Shown here one piece after another: positions 12,730 to 26,445 of a DNA stretch of 64,000 nucleotides (position 1 is its first letter; every line of letters starts with the position of its first letter). The DNA is taken from assembly GCA_951406725.2 (NCBI GenBank), contig OX597834.1, positions 9,362,001-9,426,000 on the forward strand. The letters are read 5' to 3'. Below the pieces are notes generated by a model. The model was not told the origin of the DNA. It made no database searches and worked only from the letters and a program-made list of their open reading frames with translations. The DNA comes from Octopus vulgaris (taxonomy: Eukaryota). The translations under genes were made by a program, and so were the position numbers.

Positions 12730-12974
12730 AACAAAAACCATATTATTTATTTACAATTGTTTTGTGCAACAAATTTCTGTAATAAATATAAAAAAAATTC
12801 TTTAATTTGATATCTGACCTCGGATGATTTGTTGATTTATTATTTATTCTGAGGAACCGGATGAAACGGGATGTTAGAGAACGAAACACGTGTAAAGTAT
12901 GAAAGTGAGAATAAAGATTTTTACGTATACATGTTATAACACGTATAGCTTATATATATATATATATATATATG

Positions 12975-13085
12975 AAATTCAGTATCTGTGTGTGTGTCTC
13001 TCCTGTATGCACGGCTAAACCGCTGGATCAATCTGTACCAAAATTGGCTTGAAAGTTTTTCATTCATTCGGGGAAGATTCTAGGG
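12975..13085 (+). mobile_element. Possible non-autonomous Helitron-like 5' remnant
   Basis: tgtgtctc..tatgcacggctaaaccgctggatcaatctgtaccaaaattggc resembles common invertebrate Helitron-N subterminal motifs (recalled, not verified). Confidence 0.35.
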
Positions 13086-13838
13086 TGGCGGCAAATTTGG
13101 GTCCTTGCCCATATCGGGGATGTAGCCACCACCACCACCCAATGACCCTTCCGATTTTTTCTTTCAGTGGATTCCTATGTCTCCGATGACGGAGATTAAA
13201 AAATTGGAAAAAACAATCTTAATCTTCAAATAACATATGAACTCTATAGAAACCTCGTTTGGTTCTACCTCACATTCGAAATCGAATTTACAATTTCCCC
13301 CTAGCCATAAAGCCTATTGTTCTGTAAAGGGGTAACGCAGTTAGGAACAAACGAGGTGTCAACAACACCAAAATTGATCAACATACCCCTCACCACCCCA
13401 TCCCGTTGTCTAAAACTGCAAATGAACTGCTATAAATAACAGCTAAATGTCTGCAAAATTTCTCTCATTATGTGTGGGCACGCACAACAATTTCTACAGC
13501 GTATGCGAATGAACAAAGTAAACAAAAATATGTTTTACATACCTGTCGTATACGTCGGATTTTTTCTTCGCTTTAAAGGTAAACGATTCTCATAGAAGCA
13601 AACACGATATGAAATAATTCTCCGTCATATATCTTCGACCCCAACTCTTTTTTTTTTTTTAAGTAAGGATAAACGTTTTCTAATTGGGATAACGATACAA
13701 GGGGTTTAGTCCTTACCGCCAAAATTCATTTCTCTTGTAAAAGCGACAGTAGCATTCTCTCTCTTTTTCAGTATTTAATTAGAAGAGAGAATACGTTGTT
13801 ACCAAAAAAGAAAAAAGCATTAAGACTTTATATTATCA

Positions 13839-14023
13839 TTGAGTGAGAGAACATTGCATGCCAGAAAAGTGACTTTGGGGTACAAATATATGAAGCCCTA
13901 TATATTCTTCATGACTACCCATCTGATAAGAGTACACTAGGCACGTGCATCATAATCATATGTGCACATGATCTCATATCAAGATAAACAGGAGATGACT
14001 TTGCAGGTGGGTCCCAGTTAGAA
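13839..14023 (-). mobile_element. Truncated, diverged copy of the 6149-6650 element
   Basis: tgagtgagagaacattgcatgcc..gatctcatatcaagataaacag..cccagttagaa. Confidence 0.8.
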
Positions 14024-14929
14024 CGGATCTGTTACTGAACCAGGATTTCATTTTGTTGGGATTAATCCAATGAATTGACAGCAAGGTGTATAAGAAACAA
14101 AATTTCTGTGTACAGTGCTGTTGTGTGCCAACACTTTCACACAAAGGTCGGTTGCTGATGAACGTAATTGCAACTGGGTAAAAATTTGGTAAATATTTAC
14201 AATAACACCATACTTGCTAAATACTAACCCTAACTGTAACACTAAACCATGCATTTGCTTACAGCAGGGGCGGCGTTAAGCCCCTGCAACCCTTGCGGTC
14301 GGATGGGGCCTCCGCAAAGAACTAGAATAACTATAGTGTAAAACTTAAAATTCGATGTTACACACAACTTATGAAATTTTCCAAAGTAAAAGAAACAGGA
14401 AGGTCTCTAAATAATGAAAGGTCTCTATACGGATGCACTCCCGGTAAAAGCTCTTATTACATTGATATAAACCATTCAATCATTCGGTCCTTTAGACAAT
14501 ATACAGTTTCAATTTATACGATAAACTTAATGAATTTTAAAGTTCAATATTACCGTGACATAAGTTAGAGATATCGAGATAAGATATTCAAATAATTGTT
14601 CTTGGAATGGACCTCATAAAATTACCTACAGTACACTCGATATTTCATGTTTAAATCTGATGTGACTATTCTTCGATGGGGATTACATAATATTATATCT
14701 TGATAAACTTCGAATACTTATTTTGAATATTTTTGGAACAACAAAAACAATCGGGGTCAATGAGTGCGGCTGCCAAACATTCACAGTTTTTCAGATTTTC
14801 TTGTCTTTAGCATATAAACGTTCATATGGGGAGAAAATTATTGAAAAGCATCAATACATGCGAGGATTAGGATGAAACGTGCAAGGTTGTCTCGGGATGC
14901 GCTAGAAACAAAAGCCAAATCTCTCTTGG

Positions 14930-15452
14930 ATCACTCACTTTTCCCTCTGAAAATAGAAACAATTTCTTTTTCTTTTATTTTTCCCGAAAAGGCTCCTCTC
15001 ATGGTTTTGAGGTGCGACAACCACCCCTCATCATTTGGAAGGCTGTGGTTTAAAACAAAGGGATAAATCCCCGTGAAAACGGATTAGTTCTAACTTATTT
15101 AATCTTCCTGAACAAAACTCCTCTCCTCACACCCGCGGAAAATCTTTCTCCACAAATTTTTTATAATCGTTATCTATGATGTTTCAAAGGTATTTGTATA
15201 AACTTTCGTTTAAAGATATTCATTTTCTGGAAGTTATAAGGGAAACAATTTGGACCGCGTGAATTTACACAAACTTCTCTCTCCCGTTTCTCGGAAAAGT
15301 TATTTCTCATAAGTCCCTATATTCTCTGAAGCCATCATATCTAAGCAGTATTTGTAGAAAATTTCGTTAAAAAGTATTCATTTCCCTGGATGTTATGAGG
15401 CGACAAAGTCGGGGACGTATACAGCTGAAGTTATGCACTTTTATTTATAGGA
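14930..15452 (+). mobile_element. Probable Helitron/HINE-like element with internal repeats about 158 bp apart
   Basis: gtatttgtataaactttcgtt..gttataaggga (~15190) is repeated at ~15348; ends cacttttatttatagg. Confidence 0.4.
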
Positions 15453-15874
15453 ACTTATTTCATTCATTGTTTGCAATTTTCTCTCTACCCCTCTCTCTCG
15501 CACACACTCACACACTGCAAAGCTTACAGATGGGTTACTGAATTGAAATCCCTATGTTGCTTTCACAGGAAGGTAAAACTTGAAAACACTGTACCCCCTC
15601 CGTAGTTGGACTACCTTGATGTTTGTTTAAAAAAGAGAGATTATGACTGTGATAAAATAACGAAGCAATATTTATTAAGAATCTATCATACAAAGAAATA
15701 ATTAGACGTAAACTATCATAAAATCTATTAGAATTGGGAATCATATGTGAAAATCTCAAGTGGCTAGCAGAAAATCGCCCGGTGGGCGGTGTTTCTGCTA
15801 GCACATATATATATATCTGGCTTGATAGACAGAAAATTTTATAAACAGGAAGAAAAAAAAGGCACAAAAAAGTG

Positions 15875-15930
<56 letters not shown>

Positions 15931-16191
15931 TACATATACACGCATATATGTGTACAGGACAAAAGGACGTCGAAACATAGAGACGAAAATAGACACAACC
16001 AAAAAACAACAAATGTGTGTGTGTGTAGAGAGAGAGAGTAAACTTGATATGTAAATATAATATCACGGATGTGGGAGTGTTTGTACACAAGCGGACGTAT
16101 ATATATAATTTCATATGTGCTTACGTATACATACATATTATGATATATAGATATATACTTAAATACATATCTATGTGTATCTCTCTCTCTC

Positions 16192-16239
<48 letters not shown>

Positions 16240-17015
16240 GGCGCACGTGTGTATATATGATTGCGTATGTATGAGCTTTTGTATCTAAGATCCTATGTGT
16301 ATGTGTGTTCGTGCGTTTGCGTGTATGCGTGTGTTTAAGTAAGAAAGAACTAATGTATTTAGAAACATACAGTTTCAAATACTTTACCGCACTTTCTCTC
16401 TCTCTCTTTCTCTCTCCATATGCGTGTGTGAGTCTCATTTTATTCGAACAATCTCATTCTTTATATTAGTACACACATTCTTTTGCAATTATAAACGTCT
16501 ATTTTATTTTGTATATTCATATATTTAAAATTTATTATTTTTATATTTCTAATACATCTGATAAATATCGTTTCTTTAATGCCGCCGTTAAAATTTTTCG
16601 CACTCCGAAATAGCTTTCTGCAATTTTGTCCCTTAACGGTTATCTCCCTTTAATTTGAAATCTCCTTCCTTCACTTGCAGTATTGATCATTCAAACGTCT
16701 TCCATTCAAGCAGCTTTCTCGTTGCACATTTACACAATTTCTTCTTGTCTTCGTCCCATTTTTTTTTTAAACGTTTTCCTTCCCATTTCTTATTGAGTTT
16801 TGCATTTGAAGTTACTTGTGTTTCTTTATTTTAAACGCTAAACGCATTTATATTTCTGCTTGTGTTTTATCATTGCTGATCTTGTCGATGATGGTGGTAC
16901 TACCATATTTGATAACATATTTTGTTCTCACGTCTGCAATATACAATATACATATATATATATATATATATATAGACATACACACACACAAACACACACA
17001 CACACACACACACAC

Positions 17016-17127
<112 letters not shown>

Positions 17128-17489
17128 GATTTTTAAAAAAAGTTTAATCTATATATTTAATCTATAATCCATATATTTAATCTGTGCATTCCGGATTTTG
17201 CTTAAATTATTTATGTATTTGTTTATCTATTTCTTTTTTCTTTTTATCCAAGCCTCTTCATAGCTATCTATCCATGTAACGTTCTGTCCTCCTATATATA
17301 AACTATATAGCATCCTCTTTATTTATGAATTCATCTTTTCTTTCTATCTATCAATCTCGCTATGTTTCTATCAATGAATGTAACTAGTTCTGCATGTATC
17401 ATTCTGTTCTTTTTTATAATCATTCTATGTATGTGTGTACCTATCTATGTTTCTTGCAATGAATTTTTATATCTTTATATATATCTATA

Positions 17490-17521
<32 letters not shown>

Positions 17522-18298
17522 ATATATATACTTGTGCATTTTTTTCTTCCTGTTTATAAAATTTTCTGTCTATCTACCCAGGTACATGTATTACCGTGTA
17601 CGTGTCTGTCCGTGTGTGTGTGTGTGTGTGTTTGAGTCACTCAACTTTTTGCATGTGTCTGTGCTACTACAACACCATGGCTTTGGTCGTCTAGATATAG
17701 CACTTACATTTATATCAAACGCCAATATGCCTCTAGGGGAAAAGACACAATTAATCATAGAGGTCTGGAGATACTATTCCTGACAAACGATGAGATTGTC
17801 ATGGGTAGAATGTCTTCAATTAAAGACTACCCATCCAAAAGTGTAGTAGCAGACCAACTACAACATGCGTGCATAGATGTGTGTGTCCGTTTGCTTTTAT
17901 AAAGAAGTCGTAGACAGCTGCCGCGTGTAATATTTTTTTCTACGTTGTTAATCAATGAATGTCTGAGATCAAATTCGACCGTAGTTGTTTTCGCTTTCTA
18001 TTCCACCGGGGTCAACAAATGAAGAGGAGAGTAGAATCTCTTTCAACTATAAGCATTCCACCCCGAATTACACGCTGCTGCCAACACAGTATATTTGTTC
18101 GTGTGTGCTTGTGTGTGTGTGTGTGTCTTTATATGTTTTCAAATAACCATTTGTGTGTGTTCTTGTCAGTCTGTGAGTGTGTGTGTTCGCACTATATTCT
18201 GATACACACACACTCATATATCCATTTATATCTTTTGATGTATACACGCATGTATACATATACAGAAGTATACATACATTGACAAGCAATCACACGCA

Positions 18299-18361
<63 letters not shown>

Positions 18362-18475
18362 AAGAAGACTATATATAGTCTTCTTGACTAATTTATTTTG
18401 CACGTTAGACCACTGGAAATGTAAATTTTGATGGAATGTTTTAATTTTAATTAAATTCCATTTCCCTTTGACATG

Positions 18476-18514
<39 letters not shown>

Positions 18515-19140
18515 TAGGAAGTGTTGGGATTTATATATGAGGAGGGTAAATAATATTCTTCACTACGTAATGTGTTTTGCAATGTAGTGCCGATACCATT
18601 TCTTCGTAAAATTCTTCCAATTTCCTTGCTTTCTTCTTTCCTGCAAGCCAGAAAAGCTTTCACCTCATACATGCATATTTCTCCGTTTCTTTCTCTCTGC
18701 GTGTGTGCGTTTGCCTCTTGTTCGTAATGATGTTCTTTAGGCGTAGGTGAACAGTTATTCAACAGCCCTATCGTTTGAGATGTTTCAGCTGAAATAAGCC
18801 TATATTTTCTAGAAATACCCAGGAATATATTGTCTTATGTATTGTCCACATTTTCAAATGAGAAATGTTGCATTTTGAGGCAGATTAGCCGAGTTGAATT
18901 GTAGCTAATCTACTAACCGGACAAAAAGCATAGATGCATTTCGTTCGGTTTAACGCTTTGCGTTCAAATGCTACCGAGATCGATTTCAACACTGGGTTCG
19001 ATGAAATCAACTTCCTCAACTTTCAACACTGCTGGTCATGGACTAGAAATTAGAGAGAAATATTATTTAGACAGCACCCCTACGTTTCCCAAACAGATCT
19101 ACGAACACTACAATGGCAGCCCCATATATTTACGTGTCTA

Positions 19141-19187
<47 letters not shown>

Positions 19188-19222
19188 CATACATACACAC
19201 ATAAACACAGATATATATATAG

Positions 19223-19253
<31 letters not shown>

Positions 19254-19308
19254 CATACATACACGCACACACAAACACATATATACAGATATATATATAT
19301 ATATATAG

Positions 19309-19344
<36 letters not shown>

Positions 19345-19411
19345 TCATGCACATATATACACACAAACTAACACACACACACGTATGAGTATGCATGAAC
19401 ATAATTAGGCA

Positions 19412-19443
<32 letters not shown>

Positions 19444-19851
19444 CGCGTGTGTTCGTGTCCGCGCGTGCGTGCGTATATTTGATAAGTCACATTTACAGGA
19501 CTGGTATTATTGCCTTCTTGATGATTATTATTTGCCTAAATTCATTAATTAATGAATTGAATGAATCCTTTATCTCATGTATTGAGTACTTTATATGACT
19601 TGTAGCACCTCCTTTTCTAAAATAGTTCCATAACACGAATAAATTTACATATACACTCATACACAAATATGTACAAGTGTACACATAACGATATATATTT
19701 ATTGATTTATGCATAAGTATATATATACATTCTACCTATTATATACATTATATAATTCTTTAATTTTAACTTTTCTATTATATGTAATTTTCTAGATGGT
19801 GTAATTTATTTATTCATTTTAAATTGATAAAAGGTAGATATTTTCTAATAT

Positions 19852-19896
<45 letters not shown>

Positions 19897-19901
<5 letters not shown>

Positions 19902-19941
19902 CAGATATATATGCACATGCATTTGCATACATTACTATCTA

Positions 19942-19977
<36 letters not shown>

Positions 19978-20017
19978 CAGATATATATGCACATGCATTT
20001 GCATACATTACTATCTA

Positions 20018-20059
<42 letters not shown>

Positions 20060-20099
20060 CAGATATATATGCACATGCATTTGCATACATTACTATCTA

Positions 20100-20133
<34 letters not shown>

Positions 20134-20195
20134 CAGATATATATGCACATGCATTTGCATACATTACTATCTATCTATATATATATATATATATC
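19897..20195. repeat. Four copies of a ~48-bp unit separated by variable (TA)n
   Basis: acatacagatatatatgcacatgcatttgcatacattactatctatct at 19897, 19973, 20055 and 20129. Confidence 0.95.
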
Positions 20196-20509
20196 TACAC
20201 ACACACACACACATACACAACTATTTTATTGCCTATCTCTCGACATAGGTATTTGTGTATATTTGTTTGTGTGTTTGTGTATGTGTGCTCGCGTATTTCT
20301 GTATCTGCGAGCGTATAGGCTCGTGCGTGCGTGCGTGTGTGCGCGCAGGTAAACTTGCAATAAACCCAGGCAGAACAATTATATTTCATCTAAGCAGGAT
20401 ATTTAATCACAGGCATTGCGCATCTACCTACGTGCGAAGTTTATTCAATGGTACATCTGTTATTTACGTTCTCAGTTAGATGAACCTCGCTGCTTGGACA
20501 CTTTTTATT

Positions 20510-20905
20510 CCTCAAGCTTGCTTCCTAACCCCATGGTTCCGGGATCAGTCCACTGCGCGGCACCTTGGACAAGTATCTTCTATATACATATAGGGTTCGG
20601 GCCTACCGAAATCTTGTGGGAGGATTTGGTAGACGAGAACAATAAGTCTGTTGTGTGTGTGTGTGTGTGTGCGGGCGTGTATGCTTGTGTCTGAGTTCGT
20701 CCCCCGCACAGATTTACGACTGAAGTTGGTGTGTTTACGTCCTCGTTACTAAGCGGTTTGGCAAAAAAGGCTGATAGAATAAGTTCAAGGCTTCAAAATT
20801 ATATTTTTCTTAAATTAAGTACTCGGATCGATTCATTCGACTCAAATCTTCTTCAAGGAAGTGTTCCAGCATGGCCGTAGTTTAATGAGTTAAATAAGTA
20901 AAAGA
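20510..20905 (+). mobile_element. Degenerate SINE A
   Basis: Runs catggttccgggatcagtccactgcgcggcaccttgg to ccagcatggccgtag. Confidence 0.75.
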
Positions 20906-21056
20906 TAGATGATAGAAGAAAAAAAATTATAATTCATAACAAAACTCTCTCTCTCTCTCTTTAAGATAGCATGTTAGCAGCGATGTCTTATTTTACCCAG
21001 TTGTAGAATCACTAGGAGACGGCTCCGGTGGAACAAGGCTATTCTGATATATATAT

Positions 21057-21306
21057 TTGCGCCCTTTTTAAAGCCTAACCAGTCTCATGGGCCCGGTTTC
21101 CCGGTTTCTATGGCGTATATGTTCCCCAGCTGGATGGGACGCCAGGCCATCGCAGCGTTACTCATTTTTGCCAGCTGAGTGGACTGGAGCAACGTGAAAT
21201 GAAGTGTTTTGCTCAAGAACACAACGCGTCGCCCAGTCCAGGAATCGAAACCACAATCTTACGATCATGATGCTGACACCCTAACTACTAAGCCACGCAC
21301 CTCCAC
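21057..21306 (-). mobile_element. SINE D (tRNA head plus CORE-like body) with tail type ii
   Basis: Minus strand: ggaggtgcgtggcttagtagttaggg..ggtttcgattcc..ttgagcaaaacacttcatttcacgttgctccagtccactcagctggcaaaaatgagta, then the same tail as 12135-12240. Confidence 0.85.
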
Positions 21307-21347
21307 ACAAACACACACACACACACACGCGCATAAATATATATATA

Positions 21348-21503
21348 TAGGAGTGGCTATGTTGTATGTGTTTGGTCACCAACCATATGGTTCCGGGATC
21401 AGTCTCTCTACGTGGCACCTTAGGCAAGTGTCTTCTATTATAGCCTCGGGTCGACCAAAACTTTGTGAGTGGATTGACAGACAGAAACTGAAAGAATCCC
21501 GTC

Positions 21504-21540
<37 letters not shown>

Positions 21541-21725
21541 TAGATAGATAGATGTGTGTGTTTGTGTGTTTGTCCCAACATCGCTTGCCAACCGATGCCG
21601 CGGTGTTTACATCCCCGTAACTTAATGGTTCGGCAAAAGACTCCGATGGGATGAGTACTAGACTCGCAAAGAATAAGTCCTGGAGTCGATTTTCTTGAGT
21701 AAAAGTGGCGCTTCAGGAAGGCCGC
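21348..21725 (+). mobile_element. SINE A
   Basis: Family match with internal (TA)n(TAGA)n. Confidence 0.8.
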
Positions 21726-22526
21726 ATATGTGTGTATGTATGTGTGTGTGGGTGGGTGTTGAGTACTCATTCTCCTTCCATGATATTAACGTATACCTGT
21801 GCATGCGTCTAAGATGGAAAGAGAGACAGAGAGAGAGGCTTGCATTCGGTTATCGGTGGATCGTTGAATAGAAGGACCTTTACAGATTCGGTAATGTGTA
21901 TTGTGAGTTCAAAACCCGTACAGCTCAACTTTGCTTTTCGTTCAACAGAAGAAAAAAAAAAAAAAGAATAGAGCAGGGGTTTGCGGAATAGAAAAGTATT
22001 GGATGTGATGTCCTGCGAATATTTTGGTTTTGTTTGTACCCGACAAGTATCTTTGATAATATTAGGGTGTATGAGAAAAGAAAAAAAAAATAAGGAATTC
22101 TAACGAACCCCAACAAAGACTCTAAAAGAATTAGGCGGTCTTGAAGCAAGGGTGCACGTATTTCAGAAGATTACTGTCTACCACACACACACAGACACAC
22201 ACACACAGACACACACACGCATGTTCTCTCTTAATCACTCTGTCTCTCACTGTCTCACACTCACTCACACCATAAACATACACCCACACTCACACGCACT
22301 CATCTGTTTCTGTCTCACTCACATCACACACCCACACACACGCGCATCATCTCTCTCTATCTCACACTCTCTCACACCATACACAAACATACCAGCACAC
22401 ACGCACTCATCTCTCATTCTCTCTCTGTGTGTCTCACACTCACATCACGCACACTCACACCTACGCGCACGGGCCCCCACACAGGACATGCAAAACAAGT
22501 TTGAGTTGAATACACGTTTCCTTTAA

Positions 22527-23055
22527 GGCGGCGAGTTGGCAGAATTGTTAGCGCGCCGGGCAAAATGCTTAGCCGTACGTCGTCTGCCGCTACGTTCTGT
22601 GTTCAAATTCCGCCGAGGTCGACTTTGCCTTTCATACTTTCGGGGTTGATTAAAAAAGTACCAGTTACGCATTGGGGTCGATATAATCGACTTAATCCGT
22701 TTATCTGTCCTTGTTTGTCCCCTCTGTGTTTAGCCCCTTGTGGGTAGTAAAGAAATAGTTATTTCGTCTGCATTTACGTTCTGAGTTCAAATTCCGCCGA
22801 GGTCGACTTTGTCTTTCATCTTTTCGGGGGTAGATAGATTAAATCGACTTAATCCCTCTATCTGTCCTTGTTTATCCCCACTATGTTTAGCCCCTTGAGG
22901 GCAATAAAGAAATAACAAACGTTAGCACTCCGGGCGAAATGTTTAGCAGTATTTCGTCTGTCGATAAATTACATACCAGTTGCGTACTGAGGTCGATCTA
23001 ATCGACTGGCCTCTGCCCCCAAATTTCGGGCCTTGTGCCTTGAGTAGAAAAGAAT
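22527..23055 (+). mobile_element. SINE B trimer array
   Basis: Two young-tail units, then a deleted old-tail unit; degenerate TSD gaatacacgtttcct / gaatactcttttcct. Confidence 0.88.
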
Positions 23056-23890
23056 ACTCTTTTCCTCTTTTTCGTCCGCTGTGTATATACGTGGATGTGT
23101 GGTTGTGTGTGTATCTCTGTAGATGTATGTGTCTGTTTTGTGTGTGTTTGTGTGTGTCGTTGTGTGTGATATGTTTTGCATGCGTGCGTACTATGAATGT
23201 TGTGTGTGTGTGTGTGTGTGTAAGCATATGTGTGTACGCCTATTACGCTTTCTGCCTCGAACTCACAGACACAACCAGTCACTTAAACGCACTAACACAC
23301 GTTTACACACACATACACACACACACACACACAAACACACTCACATACACGCACACGCACGCACGCACATAAAACCGATCAATTATCGTTTAACGTTGTC
23401 TTCACATTCAACATAACTCAAGTCCGTTAGTCGGATGATCTGTCGCTTAGAGCCGAATTAATAGCTCACACACACAGACACAGGCAAAAATATTGGCGCG
23501 GACACACACACACAAGCACACACACAAACACACGCCGGTGCAACACACAAACACACACACGTAGATTCGCACAGGCAGTGCAGAAGAAATTATAGAGGCT
23601 GGGAGACCGTGTGCCTTAGTTTCGTATTCCGTTACAGCTTTTCGCTTAACGTGTCTATATTAGAATACGTTGCTGGAAGGAAATTGCTGTCGCCTTGCAG
23701 AAAGTGCCATGAAAAGGTCACTATCTCAGATTTAGGAGGTCACCAGCGAAATCTTATACATTCTGAATGTTTGTCGCTGCGAGGTAAATTTCAGTTCAGA
23801 TCGGTTGACCTCTGTATGAAGTTTCATATTGTCCACACCAAATAAAATTAAAGTCACATATGAATAACACTCTGAACAGTGGCACGCACA

Positions 23891-23943
<53 letters not shown>

Positions 23944-24272
23944 GCGAGTGTGCGCGCACAGAGCAATAAGCATATAAATGCAAATTTATTCAATAAGATT
24001 GGTTTCATATTCTGGCGCGGGGGCAGAGGTTTTGAGGGGAGTTATTCTCATAGCCTTTTTATTTCTCGAACAGAAACATCCCAAGTGAGTTCAAATTCAA
24101 CAAATATAACAGTCAGTTTTCCTACACTGCAGCACTAACATCATAGATTTTGCTTCGACAAACTCACTGGAGCACAGCACAGCACAACCTACTCATTGAG
24201 TGCCACAAAACTAACTAAGAGAAAGTCAAAGACGCTATCAAAATTTTTGTCACTCTAATTTTCTGCTTGGCC

Positions 24273-24672
24273 GCTCTTTTACTTGTTTCACTCCTTTGTC
24301 TGCAGCTATGCTGGAGCACCGCCTTTAGTCGAGCAAATCGACCTCTGGACTTATTCTTTGTGAGCCTAGTACTTATTCTATCGGTCTCTTTTGCCGAACC
24401 GCTGAGTTACGGAGACGTAAACACACCAGCATCGGTTGGCAAGCGATGTTGGGGGGAGACAAACACAGACATACAAACACATACGTAAATACATATATAC
24501 AAATATACGACGGGCTTCTTTCAGTTTTTATCTACCAAATCCACTCGCAAGGCTTTGGTCGGCTCGAGGCTATAGTAGAAGACACTTGCCCAAGGTGCCA
24601 CGCAGTGGGACTGAACTTGGAACCTTGTGGTTGGTAAGCAAGCTACTTACCACACAGCCACTCCTGCGCCTA
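24273..24672 (-). mobile_element. SINE A, full length
   Basis: Family match; terminus acagccactcctgcgcct. Confidence 0.9.
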
Positions 24673-26109
24673 TGAAGAAAAACATATCTTTATAACAATC
24701 CAAGCCTCCTAAATTTGATCTTTGAGATGTTAAACTCCTTGTAAAGGATTATCAGAGGCATGTCACATGCCTTGTTTTACGCGTCTTTAATTACTGTAAA
24801 GGTACCTAAAACAAGACATGTCGCTTCTGTCACCTATAACACTTATCTACAACGTTGTATTTAGTATCTTTCAGTACACCATTGTTCAGATATTTATTTT
24901 GTGACTCGAGAGACGGCAGAATCTCATAATGATATTATTTTCCTCTATTTGTGAGATGACTTGCATTTGTGCCATCGCTGTTTTCGTCTCAAACTCTTTT
25001 GTTTGAATTTTGAAAGAATATTTTTAATATATTTTGTACTTGTAACTGAATAGCGACACTAATTAGATTGGTGTTATCATCACGATGCCGAGCAGATCTT
25101 ATCTCTTGCGCCGTAAGACAAAACAAGTTTGTATTTCTAGTGATAGGTCAGCAGAATATGAAGACATCAACATGATAAAATATAAACATTTCAACCAAAT
25201 AAACATTAAGATGCATCAAATTTGTCTTATCCATAGAGCAACCAAGAAACTGGAGAATTTGCTATTTAGTGCATTTGAAGTAAATCCAAAAGTTACGTTG
25301 AAGTGAAGTGAACACGCCCGCAGTTGCCAGGAGACAAATACTGCTCTTCAGTTTTGGCACGAGGCCAGCAATATTTCGCTGGTGGGTGGGGAGATTATAG
25401 GTCGATTACATCGACCCAAGAGCTCAATTGGTACTTATTTTATCGACCGCGGAAGGATGAAAGGCTCTGTCAACCTCGACGGAATAAACTCAGAAAGTAA
25501 GGATTGACAAAATGCCACTATGCCGCGACAATAAGAACAACAAAATCTTCATCGTCAACAACAACAACAGTAGTAGTAGTAGTGGTGGTGGTGGTGGCGG
25601 TAGTTGTAGTAGTAGCGGTAGTAGTTTCTAGTTTTTGGCAAGAAGCCAGTATTTTAAAGGAAATGTTTGAGTCGATCACATCGAAACATACTTCACTAGT
25701 ACTTTATTTTATCGAGTCCCAATGTATGAAAGCCAAAATGGACCTCGGATGACATTGTTCTCAGAATGTAATGAGCCGAAAGCAAAGCTGCAAAGCATTT
25801 TGTCCGCCGCGCTAATGTGCATATGAGAGTCTGCGATTAAGAATGCGTTTCGTTACGCATGTGTAGAAGTATGTTAATGTGGAGAAAAATCTGTGAACCA
25901 TAACATTCCGTTACACGGTTTAATGATCGAATGTCAGTTGTATTGAATGCACTATATATACACAGATATACTCACACATAAGTCTGTCTCCCACCCATGT
26001 GATACCGGTCACCGTCCTACTGCGCGTCGTCTTCGACATGTGACCCCACTATAGTTTCAATGCGTTGTGAGTGTTTGCTAGATGGAAACTGGAAATAGTC
26101 CCATCTCTC

Positions 26110-26129
<20 letters not shown>

Positions 26130-26140
<11 letters not shown>

Positions 26141-26147
26141 ATCTATC

Positions 26148-26178
<31 letters not shown>

Positions 26179-26240
26179 GCATATATACCAATATGTATAT
26201 ACATACGCATGAACACATATATATCTATACATATGCAAAC

Positions 26241-26279
<39 letters not shown>

Positions 26280-26354
26280 CATATACATATATATACATAT
26301 ATATATACATATGCAAACATATATATATATATATATATATATACACATGCAAAC

Positions 26355-26393
<39 letters not shown>

Positions 26394-26405
26394 CACATGC
26401 AAACA

Positions 26406-26445
<40 letters not shown>

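Noticed and set aside
19897-20195. CRISPR-like repeat-spacer appearance
   Set aside because: Spacers are only (TA)n, the context is eukaryotic, and there are no cas genes
21912-21932. aacccgta resembling the miR-100 seed
   Set aside because: The rest of the mature sequence does not match and there is no hairpin
23701-23783. Possible internal exon ccttgcag|...GAG|gtaaat encoding KCHEKVTISDLGGHQRNLIHSECLSLR
   Set aside because: No recognisable homology and a weak polypyrimidine tract; cannot be supported without RNA data
24267-24675. Recurring ORF peptides such as LVLILSVSFAEPLSYGDVNTP and RNWYLIYRPRKDERQSRPRRNLNSE
   Set aside because: They are conceptual translations of SINE A and SINE B, not a gene family
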